A stretch of DNA of 64,000 nt from an uncultured Acidobacteriota bacterium (GTDB taxonomy: Bacteria > Acidobacteriota > Thermoanaerobaculia > UBA5066 > Gp7-AA6): positions 224,001 to 288,000 of the forward strand of contig CAVXTP010000006.1 in assembly GCA_963764715.1 (NCBI GenBank), given 5' to 3'. The translations under genes were made by a program, and so were the position numbers. Of this stretch, positions 19,773 through 30,559 are shown piece after piece. The notes beneath the pieces were generated by a model that saw only the letters and a list, made by a program, of their open reading frames with translations, was not told the origin of the DNA and did not search any database. Positions within the stretch are counted from its first letter, which is position 1; each line of letters starts with the position of its first letter.

Positions 19773-21872
19773 CTACGCGAACGTGACTTTGAGCTCGCGC
19801 CGCAGCTCCTCCGCCAGTCCCTGGACCTGGCGGTTGACCTCCTCCTGCGCGAGCGTTCGTTCCCTGGATCGAAAGGTCAGGCGAATCGTGGTCTTGACCT
19901 GCCCCGGGGCGACGCTTCCGCCCTCGTAGCGATCGAGGCAGCGGACCGCCTCGAGGTCCGCGAGGCCGCGGGACCGCACGAAGGTCTCGACCGTTTCCCA
20001 GGACAGCTCCCGGGGCTGCGCGAACGAGAGATCGGCGGAAATCGGCGGCCGCGTCGAAAAGTCCCGGAACTCGAAAGGCGGCCGTTCGAGCGGCAGGGCG
20101 TCGACCAGGATCTCGCCCGCGAACACGGGCACCGCGATGTCCCGCCGCTCGCGTTCCGCGCCCGAAACGAGGCCCGCGACCGCGACGATCTCGCCCTGGC
20201 GGGTGTGGGCCGTCGCCGCCGCGCGCGCCGTGTAGCCCTTGATCGAGACCGGCTTCCAGGACAGGTCCGCGGCCGCGATCCACGGCGAGACGAGGCGCTC
20301 GACGAGGCCCTTGGCGTCGAAGAAGTCGGCCGGGCGCAGCTTCTCGGGAAGGCTCCAGTGGGAACGCCGCTCGCCCGCGACCGCGAAGGCGAACCGGCGG
20401 GACTCGTACGATTCGGGCCGATCCGATTCTCCGGCCGCCCCGAAGCCGCGCCCGACCTCGAAGAGCCCGACGGACGGCGCCCCGTGGCGCAGGTTGCGCG
20501 CGACGGCGTCGAGCAATCCCGGCAGGAGCGTCGCCCGCAGGTGATGGCGCGAGGCGTCCAGCGGATTGAGGATCGAAAGCGGCTCGAGCGCGGTCTCCGT
20601 CAGGCGCAGCCAGTCGCCCCAGGCCGACTCGTCCGCGTCCCGGTCGACGAAGGGGTAGTTGACCGTCTCGAAGAGACCCGACGCCGCGGCCCCGTCGCTC
20701 AGCCGCTCCTCGGCCTGGCGGCGGGGCTCCTTGTAGGCCCCCGGCGACGACGAGGGCGGCAGCCGCGAAGGCAGCCGGTCATAGCCGTAGACGCGAAGGA
20801 CTTCCTCGACGAGATCGTCCTCGCGGCGCACGTCCCCGCGGAAGAGCGGGATCGACACGGCGAGGCGCTTGCCCCGCCGTTCCGTCGGGAAGCCGAGGCG
20901 GGAGAGGGCCTCCTCGGCGAACTCGAGGTTGAGCCGGTTGTCGCCCGACAGCAGGCGCAGCCGCGCGAGGCGAAGCGCCGTCTTGCGGACCCGCAGCGGG
21001 ACCCCGTGGACGTCGAGGAACCCCGGGGCGACGGTGCCGCCGACGGACTCGACGAGCAGCCTCGCCGCCAGCGCGAGGGACGACGGGATCGCGTCGGGGT
21101 CGGCGCCGCGCTCGAAGCGGTGCGACGCGTCGGTGTGCATCCCGAGCCGTCGCGCCGTCTTTCGGATCGTCACCGGGTCCCACCACGCCGCTTCGAGCAG
21201 CACGTTCTTCGTCTGCGGCGTCACGGCGGTGTCGAGGCCCCCCATGATCCCGGCGAGCGAGATGGCCCGATCGGCGTCGGCGACCACGACGTCCGAGGGC
21301 TCGAGCGTCCGCTCGACGCCGTCCAGCGTGACGAGCTTCTCGCCCCGCCGGGCCTTGCGGACGATGATCAGCTGCCCCGCGACCTTGTCGTAGTCGAAGG
21401 CGTGGAGCGGCTGGCCCGTGTCCCAGAGCACGTAGTTCGTCGCGTCGACGGCGGCCGAGATCGACTTCGAGCCGATCGCGGAGAGCCTGCGGAGGACGAG
21501 CTCCCCCGCCGGCGCCGCGCCGATGCCGCGGACCACCCTCGCCCCGAAACGGCGGCAATGCTTCGGCACCTGGATGACGATCGAGGCGAGGCGCTCGGTC
21601 GACTCCCCGTCGGTCGGAGGCTCGGCGTAGCGCGCGGCGACGTCCTTCGCCGCCAGCCCGCCCATGGCCGCGATCTCGCGCGCGAGGCCGCGGTGGCCCA
21701 TGGCGTCCGGCCGGTTGGGCGTGATCTCGGCGTCGAGGATCGTGTCCGTGCCCGCGGCGGCGACGGACTCGATCGGGATGCCGGCCTGGTCGAGAAGCCG
21801 CCGGGCGCCCGCGGCTCCCCCGGCCGCGCCGACGTCGACGAAGTCCCCGAGCCACTCGAGCGAGAACTTCAA
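19773..21872 (-). CDS. pheT: Phenylalanyl-tRNA synthetase beta subunit (short form)
   Basis: TTG start overlapping the pheS stop; KFSLEWL, ITPNRPD, SHRFERG, DLVEEVLR.YGY, FDX-ACB C-terminus. Confidence 0.95.
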   Translation of the reverse strand: MKFSLEWLGDFVDVGAAGGAAGARRLLDQAGIPIESVAAAGTDTILDAEITPNRPDAMGHRGLAREIAAMGGLAAKDVAARYAEPPTDGESTERLASIVIQVPKHCRRFGARVVRGIGAAPAGELVLRRLSAIGSKSISAAVDATNYVLWDTGQPLHAFDYDKVAGQLIIVRKARRGEKLVTLDGVERTLEPSDVVVADADRAISLAGIMGGLDTAVTPQTKNVLLEAAWWDPVTIRKTARRLGMHTDASHRFERGADPDAIPSSLALAARLLVESVGGTVAPGFLDVHGVPLRVRKTALRLARLRLLSGDNRLNLEFAEEALSRLGFPTERRGKRLAVSIPLFRGDVRREDDLVEEVLRVYGYDRLPSRLPPSSSPGAYKEPRRQAEERLSDGAAASGLFETVNYPFVDRDADESAWGDWLRLTETALEPLSILNPLDASRHHLRATLLPGLLDAVARNLRHGAPSVGLFEVGRGFGAAGESDRPESYESRRFAFAVAGERRSHWSLPEKLRPADFFDAKGLVERLVSPWIAAADLSWKPVSIKGYTARAAATAHTRQGEIVAVAGLVSGAERERRDIAVPVFAGEILVDALPLERPPFEFRDFSTRPPISADLSFAQPRELSWETVETFVRSRGLADLEAVRCLDRYEGGSVAPGQVKTTIRLTFRSRERTLAQEEVNRQVQGLAEELRRELKVTFA

Positions 21873-22921
21873 GCGAGCCCCGCAAACTGGCGCAGGAAGC
21901 GCTCGTCGCCTTCGAAGAGCAGGCGCAGGTCCGGGAAGCCGTACTTCAGGAGCGCCACGCGGTCGATCCCGAGGCCGAACGCGAATCCCGTGTACTCCTC
22001 GGGGTCGATCGCGACGCCCTGCAGGACGCGGGGGTGCACCATGCCGGCGCCCATGATCTCGATCCAGCCCGAGCCCTTGCACTTGGGGCAGCCGGAGCCA
22101 CGGCAGAAGATGCAGCTCATCGCCACGTCGACGCCCGGCTCGACGAAGGGAAAGAACGTCGGGATGAAGCGGGTCTTCGTCCCCTTCCCGAAGAGCTCCT
22201 CGAGGAAGACCGAGACGGTCCCCTTCAGGTCCGCCATCGAGATGCCCCGATCGACGACGAGGCCTTCGACCTGGTGGAAGACCGGCGAGTGGGTGGCGTC
22301 GACCTCGTCCTTGCGGTACACGCGGCCGGGAACGAGGATCCGCAGCGGCGCCCCGTGGCGGCGCATCTCCCGGATCTGGACGGGCGAGGTGTGGGTCCGC
22401 AGGAGCAGCGGCGACACGGCCTTCCGGTCGAGAAGAAGGGTGTCCTGGGTGTCGCGCGCCGGGTGCTCGGGCGGGAAGTTGAGCGCCTCGAAGTTGTGGA
22501 AGTCGTTCTCGACCTCCGGGCCGTCGGCGATCGAGTAGCCCATCCGCAGGAAGATGTCCTCGATCTGGCGGCGGACGATGGTGATCGGGTGGAGGCCGCC
22601 CTCGCGCGGGCGCCGCCCGGGCAGCGTGACGTCCACGGCGGCCGCGACGTCGCGCTCGGAGGCCTCGCGCGCTTCGAGCGCCTGCGCGAGCCGCCCGACG
22701 CCCTCCTCGATCTCGAGCTTCGCGGCGTTGACGCGCTGGCCGAAGGCCGCGCGCTCGGGCCCGGGCAGCTCCTTGAGCTTCCCGAAGAGCGCGGGCAGCA
22801 GGCCCTTCTCCCGGCCGAGGTAGCGCCCCTTCAGGCGCTCGAAGTCGGCGCGGGAAGACACACCTTTCCCGCTCTCCTCGCGAAAGGATTCGAGCAGCTC
22901 CTGGATCGGGTCCCGCGCCAC
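21869..22921 (-). CDS. pheS: Phenylalanyl-tRNA synthetase alpha subunit
   Basis: HPARDTQDT, LRTHTSPVQ, FHQVEG, GFAFGLGIDR. Confidence 0.97.
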   Translation of the reverse strand: MARDPIQELLESFREESGKGVSSRADFERLKGRYLGREKGLLPALFGKLKELPGPERAAFGQRVNAAKLEIEEGVGRLAQALEAREASERDVAAAVDVTLPGRRPREGGLHPITIVRRQIEDIFLRMGYSIADGPEVENDFHNFEALNFPPEHPARDTQDTLLLDRKAVSPLLLRTHTSPVQIREMRRHGAPLRILVPGRVYRKDEVDATHSPVFHQVEGLVVDRGISMADLKGTVSVFLEELFGKGTKTRFIPTFFPFVEPGVDVAMSCIFCRGSGCPKCKGSGWIEIMGAGMVHPRVLQGVAIDPEEYTGFAFGLGIDRVALLKYGFPDLRLLFEGDERFLRQFAGLA

Positions 22922-22937
22922 GTCCGGCGTCCCGTCC

Positions 22938-23300
22938 CTACGCGATCTTCAGGGCCTGCTTGGCGACTCCCACCAGATGCCCGAACGCGGCGGGATCGTG
23001 GACGGCCAGCTCGGCGAGCATCTTCCGGTTGATCTCGCTGCCGGCCTTCTTGAGGCCGTCGACGAGCTTCGAGTACGAGATCTCGTGCTCGCGCGCGGCG
23101 GCGTTGATCCGGATGATCCAGAGACCGCGGAAGTCGCGCTTCTTGGCCTTGCGGTCGCGGTACGCGTAGACGAGCGACTTCTCGACCTGGAGCTTCGCCA
23201 TCCGGTACGACTTGGACTTCGTCCCGTAGTAGCCCTTGGCGAGCGCCAGGGTCTTGGAACGCTTGTTCTTGCGCTTGGGTCCTCGTTTGACTCTCGGCAT
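22938..23300 (-). CDS. rplT: 50S ribosomal protein L20
   Basis: MPRVKRG...AKGYYG...LWIIRINAA. Confidence 0.97.
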   Translation of the reverse strand: MPRVKRGPKRKNKRSKTLALAKGYYGTKSKSYRMAKLQVEKSLVYAYRDRKAKKRDFRGLWIIRINAAAREHEISYSKLVDGLKKAGSEINRKMLAELAVHDPAAFGHLVGVAKQALKIA

Positions 23301-23339
23301 GATTTCTCTCCTCTGCGTGTGTCCGGGAGCTCCGGAGGG

Positions 23340-23537
23340 CTAGGCGTAGGGCAGCATCTCCCGCACGCGTTTCGTGTCGGACTTCGAGACGGTCGTCGCC
23401 TGCGCGAGCCCGCGCTTCCGGCCGGCGGCCTTCTTCGTCAGGATGTGGCTCTTGAACGCCTTCGCCCGCTTGAACTTGCCGGTCGCGGTCTTCTTGAACC
23501 GTTTCGCGGCCCCGCGGTGGGTCTTCAGTTTCGGCAT
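23340..23537 (-). CDS. rpmI: 50S ribosomal protein L35
   Basis: [15 protein letters not shown]. Confidence 0.97.
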   Translation of the reverse strand: MPKLKTHRGAAKRFKKTATGKFKRAKAFKSHILTKKAAGRKRGLAQATTVSKSDTKRVREMLPYA

Positions 23538-23560
23538 CGTTTTCTCCGCATCGGCGCGCG

Positions 23561-24100
23561 TCAGTCCGCGGCCTTGGTTCCCTTTTCGTGTTTGACGGGC
23601 GACAGGATCTGGTAGAGGCGGTTGCCCAGCATCTCGGAGCGCGACTCGGCGACGGCCTTGCCCTCGAGGTCCTTCAGGAGGCGGTCGAGCACCCGCTGGC
23701 CGTTCTCGCGCCGCGCCATCTCGCGCCCGCGGAACTGGACCGTGGCCTTGACCTTGTCCCCGTGCGACAGGAACTTGAGGATGTTCTTCATCTTGAAGTC
23801 GTAATCGTGGTCGTCGATGTTCGGCCGGAACTTCACTTCCTTGACCTGGGTCGTCTTCTGCTTCTTCTTGGAGTCCTGCTGCTTCTTCTTCTGCTGGTAG
23901 ATGAACTTCCCGAAGTTCATGATGCGGCAGACCGGCGGCTGGGCCGTCGGCGCGATCTCGACCAGGTCGAGGCCCGCCTCCCTCGCCTTCTGGAGCGCGT
24001 CCGACATCGTCACGACGCCGACCGCCTCTCCTTCGGCTCCGATCAGCCGGACTTCCTTCCAGCGGATCTGCTCATTGACTCGAATGCTCTTCTTATCGAT
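23561..24100 (-). CDS. infC: Translation initiation factor IF-3 (non-canonical ATC start)
   Basis: GGAGGTG-AAAG-ATC then [21 protein letters not shown]...DLVEIAP..PPVCRIM...VKEVKFRP. Confidence 0.93.
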   Translation of the reverse strand: MDKKSIRVNEQIRWKEVRLIGAEGEAVGVVTMSDALQKAREAGLDLVEIAPTAQPPVCRIMNFGKFIYQQKKKQQDSKKKQKTTQVKEVKFRPNIDDHDYDFKMKNILKFLSHGDKVKATVQFRGREMARRENGQRVLDRLLKDLEGKAVAESRSEMLGNRLYQILSPVKHEKGTKAAD

Positions 24101-26045
24101 CTTTCACCTCCGAAATCAGTTCCGGCCTCCGGGAGGCGACCGCGGACTGCGCGGCCGCCAGGAAATCCTCGAGGGTCATGGTGCCGGCGTCTCCGCCGTG
24201 GCGAAGGCGGACGGCGACCGCGCCGGACGCCGCCTCCTTCTCTCCCACGACGAGCATGCACGGCACCTTCTGGAGCTCGGCCTTCCGGATCCGGGCGCCG
24301 AGCTTCTCGTTGCGGTCGTCGAGCTCGACCCGGAATCCCGCCGCCGAGAGCCGGTCCGCGGCGGCGCGGGCCTTCTCGGCAAAGCGGTCGGAGACCGGCA
24401 GCACCACCGCCTGCACGGGCGCGATCCAGAACGGGAAATTCCCGGCCGTGTGCTCGATGAGAATCCCGAGGAACCGCTCGAAGGAGCCGAGGATCGCCCG
24501 GTGCATGATGACCGGCCGGTGCTCCTTCCCGTCCTCGCCGATGTAGGTGAGGTCGAAGCTCTCGGCGTGCTCGAAGTCGCACTGGATCGTGCCGAGCTGC
24601 CAGGGCCGGCCGAGCGCATCCTTCACGCGGAAATCGATCTTGGGACCGTAAAAGGCGCCGTCGCCGGGGGTCACGACGTGCTTGCGGCCCGCCTTCTCGA
24701 GGGCGGCCGCCAGGGCGCGTTCGCCGCGGTCCCACTGCGGGTCGGTGCCGATGCGCTTCTCCGGGCGCAGGCCGAGCGAGATCTCGACGTCCGTGAACCC
24801 GAAGGCGCCGTAGACGGCGTCGGTGAAGTCGAGGAACCGGAAGATCTCCTCCTCGACGTGCTCGAACGGCGTGAAGATGTGGGCGTCGTCCTGTGAAAAG
24901 GAGCGCACGCGCGTCAGCCCGGCCGTCACCCCCGAGAGCTCGTAACGGTGGAGGCGACCGAAGTCGGCCAGGCGCACGGGCAGGTCGCGGTAGGACCACA
25001 GCCGCGTCTTGAAGAGCAGGAAGTGGCCGGGGCAGTTCATCGGCTTGACGCCGAACTCGCGCTCGTCGATCTCCGTCCAGTACATGTTCTCGTGATAGTT
25101 CTGGTAATGGCCGGAGAGCTTGAAGAGCTCGGCGTCGAAGATCTGCGGCGTCAGGACCTCCTGGTAGCCGCGCTTCGCGTACTCGGCGCGCATGTACTCG
25201 AGCAGGCCGTTGTAGACGACGGCGCCCTTGGGCAGGAAGAACGGCGAGGCCGGCGCCCAGGGGTGAAACACGACGAGGTCGAGCTCCTTGCCCAGCTTGC
25301 GGTGGTCGCGGGCCCGGGCCTCCTCCTGCTGCTTCAGGTACGCGTCGAGGTCCTTCTGCGTCAGGAAGCAGGCGGCGTAGATGCGCTGGAGCATCGGGTT
25401 CTTCTCGTCGCCCTTCCAGTAGGCGCCGGCCGTGTGCGTCAGCTTGAAGACGCCGAGCTTGCCGGTCGAGGGAACGTGCGGCCCGCGGCAGAGGTCGATG
25501 AAGTCCTTCTGGCGGTAGCACGAGACCTTGTCGTCGGGGATCCCCCGGATGATCTCGACCTTGAGCGCGTCCTTCTGGGCCTCGAAGATCCGGATCGCCT
25601 CGTCCTTGGACATCTCGGAGCGCTCGATCCGGTTGTCCTCGGCGACGATCTTCCGCATCTCGGCCTCGATCGCGGCGAGGTCCTCGGGCGTGAAGGGCCG
25701 GCCCGGGTTGAAGTCGTAGTAGTAGCCGTTCTCGATCGCCGGGCCGATGCCGATCTGGACGGACGGGAAGAGGCGCTTGACGGCGTTGGCCGTCAGGTGC
25801 GCGGTCGAGTGACGGTAGAGGTCGAGCGCCTCGGGCGACTTGGGCGTCACGATCTCGACTTTCGCGTCGGCCCGGACCGGGGTCGCCAGGTCCACCAGCT
25901 TGCCGTCGAGTTTGGCGCCGAGCGCGTCCTTGGCCAGGCGCGGGCCGATGCCGGCCGCGATCTCGGCGAGCGTCGTGCCTGCCGGCACCGACTTCGTCGA
26001 GCCGTCAGGCAGCGTGATCGTGACTGTTTGTGCCAGGGCTTCCAT
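24093..26045 (-). CDS. thrS: Threonyl-tRNA synthetase
   Basis: TGS domain, [35 protein letters not shown]. Confidence 0.97.
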   Translation of the reverse strand: MEALAQTVTITLPDGSTKSVPAGTTLAEIAAGIGPRLAKDALGAKLDGKLVDLATPVRADAKVEIVTPKSPEALDLYRHSTAHLTANAVKRLFPSVQIGIGPAIENGYYYDFNPGRPFTPEDLAAIEAEMRKIVAEDNRIERSEMSKDEAIRIFEAQKDALKVEIIRGIPDDKVSCYRQKDFIDLCRGPHVPSTGKLGVFKLTHTAGAYWKGDEKNPMLQRIYAACFLTQKDLDAYLKQQEEARARDHRKLGKELDLVVFHPWAPASPFFLPKGAVVYNGLLEYMRAEYAKRGYQEVLTPQIFDAELFKLSGHYQNYHENMYWTEIDEREFGVKPMNCPGHFLLFKTRLWSYRDLPVRLADFGRLHRYELSGVTAGLTRVRSFSQDDAHIFTPFEHVEEEIFRFLDFTDAVYGAFGFTDVEISLGLRPEKRIGTDPQWDRGERALAAALEKAGRKHVVTPGDGAFYGPKIDFRVKDALGRPWQLGTIQCDFEHAESFDLTYIGEDGKEHRPVIMHRAILGSFERFLGILIEHTAGNFPFWIAPVQAVVLPVSDRFAEKARAAADRLSAAGFRVELDDRNEKLGARIRKAELQKVPCMLVVGEKEAASGAVAVRLRHGGDAGTMTLEDFLAAAQSAVASRRPELISEVKDR

Positions 26046-26056
26046 GATGACATCCC

Positions 26057-26088
26057 AAAAAGAAAAAACGCGGAACCTCCGCGTTTTT
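26057..26088 (-). terminator. Intrinsic terminator between the tRNAs and thrS
   Basis: AAAAACGCGG-AGGTT-CCGCGTTTTTTCTTTTT on the minus strand. Confidence 0.7.
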
Positions 26089-26099
26089 CGAGACGAATT

Positions 26100-26175
26100 T
26101 GGTAGGCGCTAACGGGATCGAACCGTTGACCTCTTCCGTGTGAAGGAAGCGCTCTCCCAGCTGAGCTAAGCGCCT
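26100..26175 (-). tRNA. tRNA-Val (CAC)
   Basis: AGGCGCT acceptor stem, anticodon arm CTTCC-TTCACAC-GGAAG, TTCGA T-loop, encoded CCA. Confidence 0.95.
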
Positions 26176-26190
26176 GCGTGTCGAAGAAAT

Positions 26191-26265
<75 letters not shown>

Positions 26266-26342
26266 GTTCTTCGATCCCGGTTTCCCGGGGGGCTACCGGC
26301 CGGAAGCCCGCGAAGGCATTTTCATCCCGGCCATCGTCCCTG

Positions 26343-26411
26343 ATTGTGAAAGAGCTGCCCGGCTCCCGAGCCGGGTCGGCGACTTTACCAGACGAGGCGA
26401 GGGGGCGGCAA
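26343..26411 (-). promoter_or_regulatory. tRNA operon promoter with boxB-like hairpin and boxA
   Basis: TTGCCG-N18-TAAAGT, then hairpin CCCGGCTC/GAGCCGGG, then GCTCTTTCACAAT (boxA-like). Confidence 0.6.
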
Positions 26412-26416
26412 ACCGG

Positions 26417-26560
26417 GAGGCAGGAGGCGGGCGACAGGAGGCAGGCGGCGAAGGAACCGGAAGCGGTAAGTAAGCAGTAAGCAGTAAGCAGTAAGCAGTA
26501 AGCGAACGGTAGCCTGATCCCTGCCTCCTGCCTCCTGCTTCCTGCCTCCTTCTTCCTGCT
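26417..26560. repeat. Heptamer tandem repeats: (AGTAAGC)x5 flanked by CAGGAGG / CCTCCTG arrays
   Basis: Five exact AGTAAGC copies at 26469-26503 with inverted heptamer arrays on either side. Confidence 0.85.
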
Positions 26561-26592
26561 TCACCTGCTACACTGGATCGAGTCTCCCAAGA

Positions 26593-27519
26593 ATGTCCTC
26601 CGCGATCCGCGACACGTTCGCCTCCCTCTCACGAAGGTGGAGCGCTCTTCGCTCGGCCAGGGCCGAAGCCGCCGCGGCCCGGGACTTCTGGGACGCCGGC
26701 GCCCCGGGTGAGCCCGAGGATCGCTACTGGGGCTCGCAGCCCCTCGTCCGGCGCGCGATCAACCGGCGGGTGACCGGCGACCCGAACCGCTGGCCCATGG
26801 AGTGGTTCGCCGCCCGTTACGCGCCGACGCCCCTTCCGCTCGGCCTCTCGGTCGGCTGCGGCACGGGGCTGCTGGAGCGGGACATCCTGGGCAAGGGCCT
26901 TTGCGAGCGGGTCGAGGGGGTCGACTTTTCGCCCGAAGCGATCGCCGAGGCCGAGCGGGCCGCCGAGGAAGCCGGCCTCGCGCGCCGTCTCGAGTACCGG
27001 GTCGAGGACATCAATGCCATCCGCCTCCCGCCGGAGCGCTACGACGCCGTGTTCTTCCACGGTTCGCTGCACCACATCCGCAACGTCGAGCGCGTCCTCG
27101 GCGAGGTCCGCTCGGCGCTGAAGCCCGGCGGCCTCGTGTTCGTCGACGAGTACATGGGGCCGTCGCGCTCGGAGTGGACCGACGGGCTCTGGGCGTTCGC
27201 CCGGAGCGCCTTCGACGCCCTGCCCGCGGAGCTGAAGAACCGTCCCGAGCTCGCGATCCCGCTGCCGATGGACGACCCGTCGGAGTCGGTCCGCTCCTCG
27301 GCCATCCTGCCCGCGTGCCGGCGACTCTTCGAGACCCTCGAAGACCGTCCCTACGGCGGCAACGTCCTCTGGTTCATCTTCCCGTGCCTCGACATCGCGC
27401 GGTTGCGCGAGGACCGGACCGAGGCCCTCTCCCGGCTGATCGCCCTGGAGGACCACCTGCTCGAAAAGGGCTGGGTCGAGTCCTACTTCCGGGTCTTCGT
27501 CGGGCGGGCCGCCCCTTGA
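26593..27519 (+). CDS. Class I SAM-dependent methyltransferase
   Basis: VGCGTG motif I, GVDFS, LHH, LKPGG. Confidence 0.85.
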   Translation: MSSAIRDTFASLSRRWSALRSARAEAAAARDFWDAGAPGEPEDRYWGSQPLVRRAINRRVTGDPNRWPMEWFAARYAPTPLPLGLSVGCGTGLLERDILGKGLCERVEGVDFSPEAIAEAERAAEEAGLARRLEYRVEDINAIRLPPERYDAVFFHGSLHHIRNVERVLGEVRSALKPGGLVFVDEYMGPSRSEWTDGLWAFARSAFDALPAELKNRPELAIPLPMDDPSESVRSSAILPACRRLFETLEDRPYGGNVLWFIFPCLDIARLREDRTEALSRLIALEDHLLEKGWVESYFRVFVGRAAP

Positions 27520-29621
27520 AGCGGACGCGGCTGGGTCCCGCGACCCTCCTCGTCTTCGACCTCGTCCTCTTCGCACCCCTCCTCTCGACCGGCGGCGTCT
27601 TCTCCTCGCACGACTTCGTGCGCGCGCATCACCCGTGGCGCGAGGGCCCCCACGGCGTGCTCGAGGCCGAGAACCGCCTCCTGTCCGATCCCGCCGCCTC
27701 GGGCGAGACCACGCTCGTGCGATTCCGGGACTTCCCCTCCGGATTCTTCTGGAACCCGTGGGTGGGGGGCGGCGCCATCGGGCCCTTTCATCTCGCGCAG
27801 GGATTCCTGTCCCCGTTCGTCGCGCTCCCGGCGCTCCTTCTTCCCGAGGCCTGGATCGAGACCGGCGTCCTCTTTCTCAAATTCAACTTCGCGTTTCTCG
27901 CCGCCTGGGCCTTCCTGCGAGGCCGCCGTTTTTCCGAGGCGGCGTCGGCCGCGGGGGCGGCGGCCTGGGCCTTCGCGACCGGCCACACCGTCTGGGGCCT
28001 GTGGATGCAGAGCTCGGTCTCGATCACTTACCCGCTGCTCCTGATGGCGGTCGACCGGGCGCTCGAGGAGCCGCGGGACGCGCGGGCCCTCCGCTTCGCC
28101 GCGCTGGCGATCCTGCTCTGCCTCTCGGGCGGCTTCCCCCACTGGATCCTCTACGGCGCGGCCGCGGCCGGAATCTATTTCCTGGTCCGCGCGGTCGAGC
28201 GCCGGGGGCGCGGGGTCGCCCGCGCGGCGCTGCGCCTCTTCGCCGCGGCCGCGATCGCGGTCGCGATCCTGACGCCGTCGATCCTCGCGACCGCGCGCTT
28301 TCTCGACGCGTCGGAGTATGCGCAGCTGCGCCGGGGAATGGGCGGCAGCTACGCCCTGCCGCTCCGCCACCTGCGGCTGTACTTCCTGCCCGACTACCAG
28401 GGCACTCCCCGGCGCGACGACTACCGCGGGGTCGGCTGGATCCCCGGAGACAACTACATCGAAACGGCGGCGGGTGTCGGGATCGCCGCGGGGGGCCTGG
28501 CGTTCCTCGGCCTCTCGCGGCTGCGGCGGAGGACCGAGGCGCTCTACGCCGCGATCCTCGGCGCCGCGATCGCCGTTCCTCTGTACGGGGGCGGCGGAAT
28601 CCTCGGAGCCGTGGGCCGGCTGCCGCTCCTCGACATCAGCCTCTTCGCCCGGTCGAAGATCCTCATCCTCCTCGCGGTCGGAATCCTCGCGGCCTGCGGG
28701 GTCGAAGCGCTCGAAGCGATCTCGGCCTCCTCGACGGCGAGGCTCGCGGCCGTCCGGACCCTCCCCTTCCTCGTCGCGGTGCCGCTTTCGTTCTACGCCC
28801 TCGACTTCTATCCGGAGTGCTCCCCGCGGGAGGCCGTCTTCGAGGAGACGCCCGGGATCGCGCGGCTGCGCGAGCTGACGCGTGGAGGCTGGCGCTTCGC
28901 CGCCGCCGGCTGGACGCTCATCCCGAACGTCTCCGAGGCGCTGCGCCTCGAGGACGCGCGCGGGCACTTCCTCCTCGACGGGCCGTACCGCCGCCTGCTC
29001 GCGGGCGCCGATCCGAACGCCTTCGGCGGCTACGGCACGTACCTCGTCTTCGACCCGGCGTCCCTCGACCCGGCCTCTCCGGCCCTCGATCTCGCCGGCG
29101 TGCGTTACCTCGCCGCCCCTCCGGGCGCCACGCGCGCGGTCGGCGCCGAGGTCGAGAAACGCGACGCGGCTCCCTTCCAGCCGCCGGGCCTCGCCGAACT
29201 CCCCCGGCGCGCGTCCGACGGGCCGGAGCTGCCGCGGGTGTACGCGGGACCCGACCTCACGATCTTCGAACGGCCGACGGCGCTCCCCCGCTTCCGCCTC
29301 GAGGGGCCGGGCACGGTCCGCGCGCTCGAGCTCGCGCCCGAACGGTTCGCGATCGAGACGACGTCGCCCTCCGCCGGTCCCCTCGCGACCTCCCAGAAGG
29401 CCTTCGCACCGTACTGGCGGATCTTCCTCGACGGAAGGCGCGTCGAGCCCGAGGCCTCCGGCCCCTTCCTTCGTCTCGACGTTCCGGCGGGGACCCACCG
29501 GATCGAGGGCCGCTTCCGCGTGCCGGGCCGGGAGCTCGCCGTTTCCGCGCTGGGGCTCGCGGCCCTCGCCGCGGCTATCATCGCGGCGGGCCGAGCCCCG
29601 GCTCGAGCGCCCGCCCGATGA
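27516..29621 (+). CDS. YfhO-like multi-TM membrane protein (putative GT-C glycosyltransferase)
   Basis: TTG start overlapping the upstream stop; FFWNPW..GG, many TM helices, C-terminal PYW..FLDG...VPAGTHRI. Confidence 0.7.
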   Translation: MKRTRLGPATLLVFDLVLFAPLLSTGGVFSSHDFVRAHHPWREGPHGVLEAENRLLSDPAASGETTLVRFRDFPSGFFWNPWVGGGAIGPFHLAQGFLSPFVALPALLLPEAWIETGVLFLKFNFAFLAAWAFLRGRRFSEAASAAGAAAWAFATGHTVWGLWMQSSVSITYPLLLMAVDRALEEPRDARALRFAALAILLCLSGGFPHWILYGAAAAGIYFLVRAVERRGRGVARAALRLFAAAAIAVAILTPSILATARFLDASEYAQLRRGMGGSYALPLRHLRLYFLPDYQGTPRRDDYRGVGWIPGDNYIETAAGVGIAAGGLAFLGLSRLRRRTEALYAAILGAAIAVPLYGGGGILGAVGRLPLLDISLFARSKILILLAVGILAACGVEALEAISASSTARLAAVRTLPFLVAVPLSFYALDFYPECSPREAVFEETPGIARLRELTRGGWRFAAAGWTLIPNVSEALRLEDARGHFLLDGPYRRLLAGADPNAFGGYGTYLVFDPASLDPASPALDLAGVRYLAAPPGATRAVGAEVEKRDAAPFQPPGLAELPRRASDGPELPRVYAGPDLTIFERPTALPRFRLEGPGTVRALELAPERFAIETTSPSAGPLATSQKAFAPYWRIFLDGRRVEPEASGPFLRLDVPAGTHRIEGRFRVPGRELAVSALGLAALAAAIIAAGRAPARAPAR

Positions 29622-30559
29622 AACTCGTCATCCAGATCCCCGCATTCAACGAAGAGGCCACGATCGAGCGGGCCCTGGCGGCGCTGCCGAAGCGCGTCGA
29701 GGGATTCACCGAAATCGAGCGGCTCGTCATCGACGACGGGTCGACCGACGCCACGGCCGAGAGGGCGCGGGCCGCGGGCGCCGAGCGCGTCGTGCGGCAG
29801 TCGACCAACCGCGGCTTGGCCGAGACCTTCTCGCGCGGACTCGCGGAGGCCGTCGCCATGGGCGCCGACGTGATCGTGAACTTCGACGCCGACCTCCAGT
29901 ACGACCCGGCCGACATCCCCGCGCTCGTCGCGCCGATTCTCGCCGGCCGCGCCGATCTCGTCGTCGGGGACCGCGGCCCGGGGGAGCTCGCCCACTTCTC
30001 GCCCGCCAAGCGGATCCTCCAGCGTCTCGGCACGTGGGTCGTTCGGCAGGCCGCCGGAATCGAGATCGAGGACGCGGTCTCGGGCTTTCGCGCCCTCTCG
30101 CGGGAGGCCGCGCGCCGGATCAACGTCTTCTCGAAGCTGACGTACACGCTCGAGACCCTGATCCAGGCCGGCTACAAGGGGCTCCGCGTGGCCTCCGTCC
30201 CCGTCCGGGCCCATCCCCCCGTGCGGCCCTCGCGCCTCTTCACGTCGACGGCGAAGTACGTCCTGCTCCAGGGCGCCAACGTCGTCCGCATCACGGCGCT
30301 CTACAAGCCGCTCAAGATCTTCTCGATCGCCGCCGGGCTCTTCGTCGCGGCCGGAACGATCCTGGGCCTGCGCTTTCTGGGCTTCTACTTCTTCGGCGAG
30401 AACCCGGGCGGCCACGTCCAGTCGCTGATCCTCGCCGCGGTCCTGATCGTGGTGGGCTTCCAGACGTTCCTGATCGCCCTCGTCGCCGACCTCGTGGCGA
30501 TCAACCGGAGGCTGCTGGAGGAGATGAAGCTGAGAGAAGACGGGAGGCAGGACGTCTAG
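29618..30559 (+). CDS. GT2 polyprenol-phosphate glycosyltransferase-like protein
   Basis: IPAFNEE, DDGSTD, DADLQY, SGFRA; two C-terminal TM helices. Confidence 0.85.
   Translation: MKLVIQIPAFNEEATIERALAALPKRVEGFTEIERLVIDDGSTDATAERARAAGAERVVRQSTNRGLAETFSRGLAEAVAMGADVIVNFDADLQYDPADIPALVAPILAGRADLVVGDRGPGELAHFSPAKRILQRLGTWVVRQAAGIEIEDAVSGFRALSREAARRINVFSKLTYTLETLIQAGYKGLRVASVPVRAHPPVRPSRLFTSTAKYVLLQGANVVRITALYKPLKIFSIAAGLFVAAGTILGLRFLGFYFFGENPGGHVQSLILAAVLIVVGFQTFLIALVADLVAINRRLLEEMKLREDGRQDV

Noticed and set aside
26046-26099. T-box or thrS translational operator
   Set aside because: Only about 54 nt lie between the tRNA and thrS, mostly occupied by a terminator; no T-box motif
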